From NCBI GenBank assembly GCA_905178155.1, contig CAJINV010000009.1, positions 2,829,373 to 2,893,372 on the forward strand: a DNA stretch of 64,000 nucleotides. The letters are read 5' to 3'. This stretch comes from Amoebophrya sp. A120 (lineage: Eukaryota; Protista; Dinoflagellata). The notes beneath the pieces are model-generated. The model had not been told where the DNA came from. It made no database searches and saw only the letters and a program-made list of their open reading frames with translations. The position numbers were made by a program, and so were the translations under genes. Within the stretch, counting starts at the first letter, position 1. The number at the start of each line of letters is the position of its first letter. Shown piece after piece: positions 1 through 10,328 of this stretch.

Positions 1-397
1 GGAACGCAGGCGGCAGGCTAGCTCCCTCGATGGCGCGGCAGGGGCAAGCAGCTGCCGGCCCGTCCCGCCAGCGGGTGGCGAGTAAGATGGCGGCCCGGCA
101 GGCTATCCACATAGATAGCGCGGGCGGGGCACCCAAGCTGCTGGCGCGGGGCTGTCGAAAGCCGGCGCGCGAACGCACCCAGCACTTACACTGACACTGG
201 GCCCCCTCTCCATGTCTCTTTGCAGTTTACTCAGTCACCGACGTACCGGTCGCAACCGACAATCCCAAGCCCAGGCGGGCTCAGCAGGGCTCGCCCCGCG
301 GCTCCTTACATAAGCTGAGGCCGACTTCGCCATCCCCCTGCGGCGCCTTTCGCGCCATCGCCTACGCCATCACCTCCAGCAGAGCGATGCTACAACT

Positions 398-3300
398 TCA
401 GGGCGAAATAAAACGTCTCCAATGTTCGCCAGTTGTGTTAGAACCTTTTTCCTGCGCCACAGATTTCTGTGTGGTACCCTTATACGATACGGTGTCGAGC
501 CTGCGGCCTCCGCCACCGTCTACCCAGTTGTGCCAGGACTGCATCGATATGTCGCGCGTGGCGACATATTCCATACTAGTGTCGCCGTACTTGTTCGTCG
601 TTTTGACATACTTTACGCCCAGTTCTCGCTCCAGTAAATCGGCCATCTGTCTCCCCTTTGCCGTCGATCGGTCAAACATCGTGTGCCCCTCGGCGTCGAT
701 CTTTAGACTTCCAAAATGGCCGTAAGGTTCCCAGTCCTCCTCATACTCAAAGTCATCAGGAACCTGTGTCCCCGGAGGAAAGGGGATGGGGTACCCCACG
801 TAGTACGGGTTAACACGGCTCGGCGCTTTAAGGACGATGTCCTTCTCGGTCCACGGCACTTTTGTCGTTGTCCCAGGGATCTTCTTCGGTGTATCGTAAG
901 CGGGGACAGTCTCGTCCCAAGGCGCCTCTTTCCATTCCCCAGTCGGAACGGACTCAACGGTCTCCTCCACCTCCACCTCCTCTTCTGGTCTCCTAATGGC
1001 CAGCGCTATTTCGGTGCCGTCCGACTTTGTCAAGGTGCCATCGCGCATGTCGTAGTAGCGCCGCACCTCGTCCGCGTCTGCTACATCTTCATGCGGAACA
1101 TCAAGCGGTTGGTGTGTAACGGGATCCAGGATGTCTCCAGTCCGAACGAGTTTCCTCTTGCGCCAATCCTGGCCGACACCTTCTCCAAAATTATGAAAAA
1201 GCTTCATAAGCACGTGCTCGTACTTTTTGTGCAGTACTTTTTTTTGTCCCTCTGTTGCTTCAGTTGCAGGATCTTCCTCCTCTCCATACAATAAGATTCC
1301 AACAGCCCAATTCACGTCATCTCGGTCGAGGAAATTATCCCAAGCGTTCATCATATGGCGTTCTCAGCCGTTACATTCTCAACTGTCACAGGGTTCGTTT
1401 GTCATGCAAAATGACCATAAGCCTTCCGCAACACGATCAAGGTGCTTCGCATGACAAATTTTCGAAGGGCTCAACACCACCCGAATGTACCTAAATTTGT
1501 AACGCAAAGCGCGCAGTCTTCCCGAGTTCACTTTTGCTGTTCTTGCATGATAAATTCATGTTGTAACAGTTGAGAATGTAACATTTGAGAATCCCGTACA
1601 TCACCTCGCCTAATTTCGAACCGGCGTCGCCGAGACGTTTTTTGCCGAAAATATTCAAGTGATGAAACACGTCTCCTTTCACTTCCTGATTGATGATCCA
1701 TTCCTGCTCCTTCGGGGAAAGCTTCTCCCAGTCCTTCGGCTTTTCCAATAGGTTGTCCCATTTGTGGTCCCACTCGATCCGCTGGCCCTCGTCCCCAGAT
1801 ATTGCAAGCTCCTTGTCTCCGCCAGTGACTTCGTACCCCTTTGTATCAGGAAACAACTCATGGAGCTGATCAAGCACCCAGTCCTTATTGGTAAATGTTG
1901 GAACTTTTTTCACTTTTGACAAAGGTGCCTCGAGAACCTCCCCAACGTTGTCGAGGAGGTCTATCCCGTGGCTCTCGAGGAGATCTACCCCGTGGCGGTA
2001 CAAGAGGCCCACTGGCGACATCGACATGGCTGCCCGAACTTTTCTGATGTCGTTTACAACGGTCACGGCTCCGACCGCTCCATTGTGGACCGCATCCAGG
2101 CCGCCAGCCACTTGGTCTATGGAACCATCAGATCCGAAATTGACAAAGTTGGTTTGACTTGCAATGCGCCATGACATCGACTATTATTCCAGTTGGGCTC
2201 GTCGCAGTCTCTGATCGGCGCATGAAAAATTTTAATTTGCCTCGCCACCTCTGAAGCAAATAATCTGTCATACTGTTGAGGGCAAGAGGGCTAGCCCCCT
2301 CTGTCACGCTAGACAGCAGCCGACAAAAAAACTCTTGACAGGTGACCCTTACCAACCCTACAATCTGCCTCCCTTGCGCCCTCTGCCATGCAAGAGTCAC
2401 TCGTTGCACCGCTGTCGCGCTTTCTGTATGACAACCAACGTTATGGCGCGGGGGCAGAGTGCCTGCGCTGCGACCTTGCGGGGAGGAAGGGCCGCACGTG
2501 GTGGCTTTTCTTCCCCATGATGCGGGAGGGTTTTCTTTGAGTCAGCGCACCCCGGTCGCCCTGTTACAGAGAAAACGGCGTGGGCCTGGCCGGCGGCTGC
2601 GGAGCCGGCGCCCCCCTGGAAAAGTGCGCGCGCCCGGGCGCCACCAATGACTTGCGACGCCCTCCCTGCAAAAGCAAGCCCGAGGCGCTGGCCGCAGGGT
2701 GGCTGGCAGTCGCGGGCGCCAACATGGGTCCGGCGGGCGCTTGGCAATCCCACGACGCCACCTGGGCCCTTTTCTGCGCCCCCGGGCGAAGCGCCCCCCC
2801 ATAGAAAAAACCCGCCCAAGACCACGGGCACGGCCTTCGTGGGGGCTGCTCTGTCTCGCGAACGCGGGTGGCCCTGTTTCTGCACCCAAAGGGCTACCCA
2901 CGATCGACCAAGCAAGCGCGCGGCCTTCGTCCGTGGGGGCTGCTCCCCCGGGTCCGAGCGGGTCGGCTTCTGCGCCCCGCGGCGGGCTTCCTGGGCGGAC
3001 TGCGTACGCGGCCTTCCTGGGGGCTGCTCTACCGAGCCTGCGCGCGCCTGCTTCTATCTGCGCGCCTGGACGGCGCGCCCCCACCCGAAAAGGCTAGCCC
3101 AGGCCAAGGGTGTGGCTATCTTGGTGGGCTTCTCTCCCTAACCCGCGCGGGCTCGTTTCTGCGCCTCGGGGCGGGGCGTCCCTCCGGTCGAACTCGAACG
3201 GAGGGACTACCTGCGGGCGGCGGGACAAGATTGGCCGCGGCTTTCGCGTGCCTGGTTCGCTGCGCGGCCCTTGGCGGCGCGCACCCCCCCGGGCGGGAGG

Positions 3301-4439
3301 GCGCGTCGCGGCCGGGGCTCGCTCCGGCTACCTGCCCGATTTGTGCGGGTGGCCCGCGCGCCCGACGAAGGAATAGACCGGCGGCAAAGAGGGGCGTACT
3401 TTGTTGCCTGCTGGGCTTATGGACGTGGGCCCGTGTGAGCAGCTAGGAGCTACGGCGAGGCACATCTGGAAGCACTCCCCAGCGCACACCCAAAAATAGG
3501 GCCCGGAACAGGGGGCCAGGCGTATCGGCTTCAAGCGCGGTTGCTCGGTTGGCGGCCGCGCTTTGGCTTTCGGCCGGGCGCCAGTTGGTTCGTAAGAGTG
3601 GGGAGCGGGCTATGTTTTGAGGTACGCGCAGAGGGGTCGCTGGCTTAGCCAGTGGAAGGCACCCCAGAACAGGGGTCGAAACATAACCCAAAGCATAGCC
3701 CGAAAGAACACGCCCCAGATGACTCTCGAAAAATGGCGCCCGGGGTCGCGTGTCACTTTTCCGGAGCCGGTTCTGGCATATGTTTTGGGGCGTTCAGGAC
3801 GTTTTTGCCGAGTTGCGTCGTGTTTGACATCCCGGAACAGGGGTAGGAACATACCCCGGAGCACCCTGAAAGTGATCACTTTTCTTTTTGGGCAGTCGCT
3901 GCAGTTTAAATAGTAATGGCAATGTCAAATTTGTTGTCGACTTCAGGCCTGACGCTTCCATATGATCCACTGCTTGTTTTATTCAGTGGAACGACGTCCC
4001 CACCCCAGACTTCCCATGCAAAGCTGCATGCAGCCTGATACGTTTCTCATGCGCAGCCCCAAGAGGAAGCGCTTTCCAGTCCTATCTGGAAACTTGTCGT
4101 CCTAGACTCAGGACGAGGTGGCCGGTTTGTAATGCAGCTGCAAGACCGAAGCAGGATTGTAGTTGTACTGCGACCCCAGCGCTGTCATGCGCAACAGCCA
4201 AAACTTGTTGGTTATGGTTTGTGTAGCAAAATAAACACCCCTGGTGGGATGGGGACGTTTTTACACAGGATATGTTGATGCAGAAACCCCTGAAAATCTC
4301 CGCCAGGTATCGCTTTCGCCAATTCATGCGCAAACCCTTCCCCAAGGTGGTCCCCCAAATGGTCCATACCCGGCGGCAAGCCAGGCAAGCCAGGCAAGAA
4401 TGAAAAAGGGTGCGAAGTGGAGTAACAACTGAAATACAA
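398..4439 (-). CDS. Multi-exon hypothetical protein (gene 1), split by elements 3980-4272, 2118-3962 and 1354-1598; 5' end unresolved
   Basis: Removing each element plus one DR joins ORFs 4212-4439, 1491-2177 and 398-1354 in frame: ...GGDFQGFLHQ|QAVDQ|VAGGLDAVHNG...SKLGEVM|NAWDNFLDRDD... Confidence 0.8.
1354..1598. mobile_element. Introner-like TIR element, family B (245 bp)
   Basis: TATGGCGTTCTCAGCCGTTACATTCTCAACTG...CAGTTGAGAATGTAACATTTGAGAATCCCGTA; DR CATCA at 1349-1353 and 1599-1603; removal restores frame. Confidence 0.9.
2118..3962. mobile_element. Introner-like TIR element, family C, expanded to 1845 bp by a nested GC-rich repeat
   Basis: TATGGAACCATCAGATCCGAAATTGACAAAG...GTCGACTTCAGGCCTGACGCTTCCATA; DR TGGTC/TGATC; removal restores frame. 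Confidence 0.8.
2437..3912. repeat. GC-rich non-coding repeat X, copy 1 (nested in family C element)
   Basis: Colinear with 5131-6313 from the ATGGCGC..CAGAGT..GCGCTGCGACCTTGCGG start to the GCTGCAGTTT(A/C)AATA end; boundaries approximate. Confidence 0.75.
3980..4272. mobile_element. Introner-like TIR element, family H (293 bp)
   Basis: TATTCAGTGGAACGACGTCCCCACCCCAG...GGGGACGTTTTTACACAGGATA; DR TGTTT/TGTTG; removal restores frame. Confidence 0.8.
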
Positions 4440-4880
4440 CGCGAGCGCAAAACACTATCAGGCGAGCCAGGAACTGCTTCTGTGCTGTGTGTTTTCCCCT
4501 AGGTTAATTGCCTGCACTAGGTTGGTCGCCGGACGCATCACTCGCGTCCGAACGCTACCTGTTTTAGCTGCGAGCGAACAATCGTTTAGTGTCCACCAGA
4601 AATGCAAAGATGTTTCTTTCTTCTGGCTATTAACACATCATCATAGGCCGGCCCCGGCCGGCCGATAAATATATTTTTACCCGGCTCGACGAGCCGCCAG
4701 ACTGTGCCAGCGGGTCCAGCGTATTCGGATGGTTTCCGGGCTTTCCCGCAGGCTGCTTCTCGTCAGGAACGGCTCGAACAGGGTAGGGGCACCATATCAG
4801 GCCAAATGATTTTTTTACCCGGTTCCGGAACCGCCCTTCGACAAAATTGCATTCCATTGTTACTCCGATCTACTTCATTA

Positions 4881-6364
4881 TATCAACTGCAAATATGCTG
4901 CCTGGGTCTGGAAGAGGGCAAGTTAGTTTGTCACTTTCCAATTCCATGATCCATGGTGTCTGTAATGTAATATGCCATAGCATCACACATTTTTTGAGCG
5001 CCTGTCGATGCCGCGCTCGCGCATTCTGCTGCATGACAAATGCCCCCTCCGCGTAGCCAAATTTGACTCCTCTTGCTGCTCGTGGTCGTGCAATACTGAT
5101 TTTTTCAGCATCCAAACGCAGCATCAAAAACAAGGTCATGGCGCTGGGACAGAGTCCTCGCGCTGCGACCTTGCGGCGAAGAAGGGCCACCCGCGGTGGC
5201 TTTTCTTGCCCATGGCGCGGCAGGTTTTTTTTTGCGCCAGAACGGGGTGGCCCTGGCGCCCGTGGAGCCGGCGCCCCCCCTGGAAAAGCGCGCCCTTTTC
5301 TGGCCCCCTCGGCGGGGCGCCCCCCCCCCAAGGACTACCCACGACCAACCGAGGGCGCGGCCTTCCTCGGGGCTGTTCTCCCGAACCAAGGCGCGCGGGC
5401 CTGTTTCTGCGCCCCAGGGCGGGGCGCCCCCCCAAAAGGAATGCCCACGACCAACCGAGGGCGCGGACTTCCTGGAGGCTGTTCTCCCGAACCAGGGCAC
5501 GCGGACCTGCTTCTGCGACCCTGGACGGGGTGCCCCCCCCCCCCCAAAGGACTACCCACGACAGAACAACCGGGGGCGCGGCCTTCCTGGAGCCTGTTCA
5601 TTCTCCCGAACCGGGGCGCGCGGCCCTGTTTCTGCGCCCCTTGGCCGGGCGCCCCCCCCAAAGGACTACCCACGACGGACCAACCGAGGGCGCGGCCTTC
5701 CTGGGGCCTGTTCTCCCGAACCAGGGCGCGCGGACCTGTTTCTGCGCCCCTGGGCGGGGCGCCCCCCCCCAAAGGACTACCCACGAACAAGTGGGGGCGC
5801 GGCCTCCCTGGGGGCTGTTCTCGCCGCCGCGCCCCCCCCAATGAATAGGCAATCAAGAAGAACCTTCGGCCCCCGGGGTCAGGCCTGGCTCTTGAAAAGT
5901 GGCGTCCGGGGTCGGGTGTTCCTTTTCCGAAGTCAGGTGGGGGGCACGTTTAGAGCTGTGCAGGAGGTTTTTGCCGATTCAGGTCGTAGGAAATACCCCA
6001 GAGCACACCCCGAAACATACCCCAGAACACACCCCGAAACATACCCCAGAACACACCCCGAAACATACCCCAGACCATACCCCGGGAGCCCCTTTCCGAC
6101 AGTCAGGCTCGGTGTCGGGCCCGACTCTCGAAAAGTAATGCCCGGGGTCGGGCGTCACTTTTCCGGAGTCGGGTGTGGGGTACGTTTTGGGAGGTGCATG
6201 AGGAAATGGCCGACTTAGGTCGTGTTTGATACCCCGGAACAGGGGTCGGAACATACCTCGGAACACACCCCAAATGAACATTTTTTGGCAGTGAGTTGCT
6301 GCAGTTTCAATACTTAGTAATTCTTTGGCGCTTCCAGACCCAGACAACTTGTTGGCAATGCATA
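4881..6364. mobile_element. Family A TIR element interrupted by nested repeat X
   Basis: TATCAACTGCAAATATG..CTGGGTCTGGAA start and TTCCAGACCCAGAC..GCAATGCATA end; interior 4980-5130 matches the reverse complement of element 26712-26978; DR degraded (CATTA/GACTA). Confidence 0.7.
5131..6313. repeat. GC-rich repeat X, copy 2, with internal ~120-bp tandem units and a 22-bp tandem
   Basis: Units GCGCCCCCCC-AAAGGACTACCCACGA-...-GTTCTCCCGAACC recur across ~5300-5840; ACACCCCGAAACATACCCCAGA about 3.5 times at ~5990-6085. Confidence 0.8.
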
Positions 6365-6366
6365 GA

Positions 6367-6934
6367 CTACGATACTAATACAAACATTCTCTTCTGCAAG
6401 AACGCCAACGCCCCTGGCGGATTTTCTCCCCTCGACGCCCGCCGCTCGTCCTGCGCACCAGCCCACTTATGGCGTATTCTCAAACTCTACTACACTGGTC
6501 CCTGTTCTTCTTCTTACGTAGGTTTGATGTGATTTATCACTCTCATGAAGTAGATGCAAAAGCACCAAACGCAAATGGTGAAGGATTGCGCTTTCCGCAT
6601 GTTGAGCAATTAGCTTGGGAGGACGGAAATGGTTTGCTAATATGCTGCTGAGCGCATTGTAAACTTGTCGTCATGCTGAGTAGCTCGATCATGCAGATTG
6701 CGACACAGGTTGGCTCTGCACCACGACAAATCAACAAGAAATTGAGTCTACAGCTACATCAAGTCGCAGACGCAGTCGTCGCAACAACAATCGCAATATA
6801 GAATAACGCTTGAGAACGCCATACCACTCCTCCTTTTCGTCAGGCGGGCCCGGAGTCGAAGCCCCGCTTGGCGTGGTCGCGATCGGGGTCGTAGTACTGT
6901 GAGGAAAAATATAAACGCCCCCGCTCCCCCGCAT
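6367..6934 (-). CDS. Two coding exons ending in TAG (possible 3' end of an upstream gene)
   Basis: Removing 6468-6823 plus DR gives ...GPPDEKEEW|AGAQDERRASRGENPPGALAFLQKRMFVLVS*. Confidence 0.5.
6468..6823. mobile_element. Introner-like TIR element, family B (356 bp)
   Basis: TATGGCGTATTCTCAA...TTGAGAACGCCATA; perfect DR CCACT. Confidence 0.85.
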
Positions 6935-8287
6935 TGAAACAAGCGAAATTCGTGTAGACTATTTGCGCTGCTGATTTGTGGCCACAGTTTGCATGAGAAT
7001 GCGTCTGTCTTGCCAGAGGGGAACTAAGCCAGAGATTTCGCCGCGCTATCCGTGAAAGTGCTGCCGTGCCTACAGGCGCCCAGGCCTCTGCTATGCTACG
7101 CGCCTACATCGAAACACGGCCTGCGCAGGCACCGGGTCTGCGTCTGCCTGTAGTCCCTCAACGGCAACAAAAATCTAGAAGTGTGATGCACATTTACACA
7201 AATCAAGCTCCTTTATTTGCATAGGGGGAGGGTGTCGGTGTGTTTTTTACTTTGATAGGCTGCCCTCGTTTTCGCGAGCTGGAAACTTAGATGAGAGCCG
7301 CCTGCAGCGGACTATCCTCTGTAAAAGCGTTGCCACCCCAAACTTGTCGCGCAGATTTGCATCTACAGGAACATGATTCATCGTAGTGCGTGTCTCATGT
7401 GTGAAGAACGACGTTTCTGGCCACTGTTTTAGCATTCGTAAAAACGTTGCGACCAGGAGCAGCAGAGAGATGTCTCTGTGAAGATGTGGGCGCATGGTTG
7501 GTAATGGTAAACTTGACACTCACTACACTATTACAGAGAGAAACTTGCAATGCGCGGCTCCCAAAACTTCTTGACTTGTTTTGGAAAAAGCCCATCTTGA
7601 CTCTGGAGGGGCGGGGACGTCTTTACACAGGCTACTGACGCAGCGACCGCGTCGGTAATGGCGTCCTCGAGCGCTTTATCAAGTGCAAATAATTACTCAT
7701 CCTCTGGGCCTGCAAAAATACAACTAGTGCAAATTTCTGCTGCTAGCTCTGAATGGACTTGAGGACAGAGAAATCTGCATTGCATGAGCACCAAAATCAT
7801 CTAGCCCCCAGCTGCAGGGCTTATGGTCGCCCGGGTAGGCGGTTTCCCTTCTCATGCTGGAAAGGCAGTGCGGCTGCGGACAACGACAAGTCCTAGCGCT
7901 AGCCCTCTCAACGAAAAATAAACTCGTAAAAACGTTATTGCCACGGCCCGCATTGCAGATACAGAGACAGACCTCATGGGCCGTGCCAACGCCGCATGAC
8001 AAACCTGCTCCGCAACACAGGTGCTCCAGACCCAGGCATTTTCGTTGCAGTTGATACTCCAACTCGTCTCTTTCCGTTAGGCGCACTATGCCGAAAAAAC
8101 CTGTGTTAATTGCAAAACCTACAGCACTTGTTCTTGTCCATGTGCCACGCCAGCCACGAAGTCTTCTTTGCATACGAATGCGTCAACTTAATCTTTCACG
8201 CACTGCTACTGGCACTACTAGCTGTGCTACATCATGAGATGTAGTTTTCTCTGTTGATCACGCAGGCCAAACTTTTTGTCATGCTCA

Positions 8288-10328
8288 TTATGCTGTCACT
8301 CCACGAAAAACATCTACACAACCAACACAGTAGTTTTCACTCTCTGCTTGGATATTCAGTTGGCCTTGTGCATTCCATGCGCCCTCGACTAGATCCAGTG
8401 TCGCGCTGTCCGCGCTGATTTGGAAGCTGAACAGAAGCTGCGCGAAGTAGACGTGTGCTGGTTGCAAGGATGGAGATCTTCGTCTTGTCATCTCGGCGCT
8501 TCGCAATTTTTCCAGAAGGAAGAGGAAAGACGTCGGCTTGTTTTCGTCCCCATTGGCCATTGACGGGAGCCAGCTGCGCGGCGTGGTAACATTCAAGACG
8601 GTTAAACTCGTGCTCTTGAACATTGCGAGACTCAAAGTAGATGCCCCGCGCCCGACTAGGAAATTCAGAAGACCCAGCGTAACTGCCGTCTGAAACACCT
8701 CCGCACCCGTCTCCGAGTCATTTATTCCCGGCGCACTTGTCCTCGCACTGTAGTTGCCGTCAATTGTTACGCTCAGTTTGAACTTTCTCGCTGTGGTTCG
8801 GGTCGCGGGCGTGATAGCCGGGGGCGGCAAAAACGGCGCGGCCCTTCTGGCCATCACCCCCCGAAGGGACTGCATGCCAGTCACTGCCGCGCTAATCGCG
8901 TGCAGCAGTGCTGCGGCTTCTGCAGCTGTCAGTGCTTGCGGCGGCAAGGCGGCCTCCATGCTGGCCAGGGTCTCGCTGTCGCCCCAAATTCCAAAAGAAA
9001 AGATCGCTTCGAGGTCGTTTGCGGAGTCGGTGGCGTTCGGAGCGGGCGTCAACGATTGGGCAGAAAACTCCGCTGACCCTGTCACGTTCTTCAAGCCGCC
9101 GCGCTCGAGGAAGTGCAACGTTCCTTCCTGCACCGCAGCAAGCAGACTCGGGTCCTTTAGCACGGCCGCTCTGTCTGGAATCAACGTCACATTGACGGAA
9201 AAGACCAATAAAAACTGTCGCAAAACTATCCAAGAAAAAAAGGTTGTAGTAGGTGTAACTTTCTATTATTCTTGGAGGATTACTAGCATCACAAATATCT
9301 CTCGCATGACACCAAAAGCTTGTCATGCGCAGATAGTACGTGAATAAAACAAGCTTGTTGAATGGACCCTACTACGCAGGCGCAGCATGACAGGCGCAAT
9401 CAAATTGCATCATGTTGCGCATCACAAATTTACACTAGCAATTTTTTTCTTGGATAAAAACCAGCCCCGTCGTGGTAGTGGTCGTGGTGGTGCTGCTGCT
9501 GCTCGGGGGAGCAGGGTAGACGGCCCGTCCTGCTGCTGCAGCCACGACGGGGACGGACACTGCCACCTCACGGAGCCCCGCTGCAGCAACTGCTGCGGAG
9601 ACTGCCGCCTCCAAGGCACGCAGCTGCGTGGCGTTCAAACCTTGCATCGGGTCCCAGACACTATCCACATCCTGCAAAACGTCATCCGGCACTTGTAGGG
9701 CAAACTTGAAAACTACTTCAAAGGCGCCGCCGTTACCGCTCCCCAACTCCGAAACGGCAATGAATTCCTCGCTGACTAGGTTGTTTGTTGAGCTAGTATG
9801 ATTCTGCAGTCGCGAAACACCCCCGTTCTTCCCGCCGACTGCCTCGGAGATGAATCCAAGACTGCCGAGCCCCACGGCCTCCCGCAGCACCTGGCTGGCC
9901 AGCAGGTCCGTGCGATTGATCGTCTGGCGCTGCAACTCCTCCACTGGCGCGAACACGAGAGCGAATTCGCGCTCGACCAACTTCATCACGGAAGCGGGGG
10001 CGGGGGCCGTCGCTTGCGCGGCCGTGCCGGTCGGCCCTGGCCCTCGTCCACTAGTAGGGCCTCGCGTGGTCCACTCGTCCTCTTTATCAAATTCGGCCCC
10101 GCTTTCTCTCGACGTCTCTTTGTGGTCCTCGCCGGCGCTCTTGCTTGCGGCTTCGCTCCAGCCATTTGCCCCCATGCCCGGACGGTGTCCAATCGTCTTG
10201 ACGCCGTAAACACCAGACGGAACGACGAAAGGCATCACGACTGGGTGAAGCGGCAGCCGGGCAGCTGCTCCCAGTAGAGATACCAAGGCTAGAAAGAGCA
10301 TCACGCTGACATCAACTGCAGCCATCAT
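8288..10328 (-). CDS. Predicted secreted/surface protein with three ~110-aa repeated domains and S/T/P-rich linkers; 3' end unresolved
   Basis: Hydrophobic N-terminus MMAAVDVSVMLFLALVSLLGAAA; ORFs 9435-10388 and 8288-9223 join in frame (TTTGLV|LRQFLLVF) after removing 9227-9456 plus DR. Confidence 0.8.
9227..9456. mobile_element. Introner-like TIR element, family D (230 bp)
   Basis: TATCCAAGAAAAAAA...TTTTTTTCTTGGATA; perfect DR AAAAC; removal restores frame. Confidence 0.9.

Noticed and set aside
2118-2177. ATG at 2177 as the start of gene 1 (MSWRIASQ...)
   Set aside because: This stretch is the left end of the family C element; the real frame continues in the micro-exon at 3963-3979.
2397-6347. 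Many overlapping 100-340 aa ORFs in repeat X
   Set aside because: Open on both strands in several frames because of GC-rich tandem repeats; R/G/P/A-only composition; lies inside introner ends.
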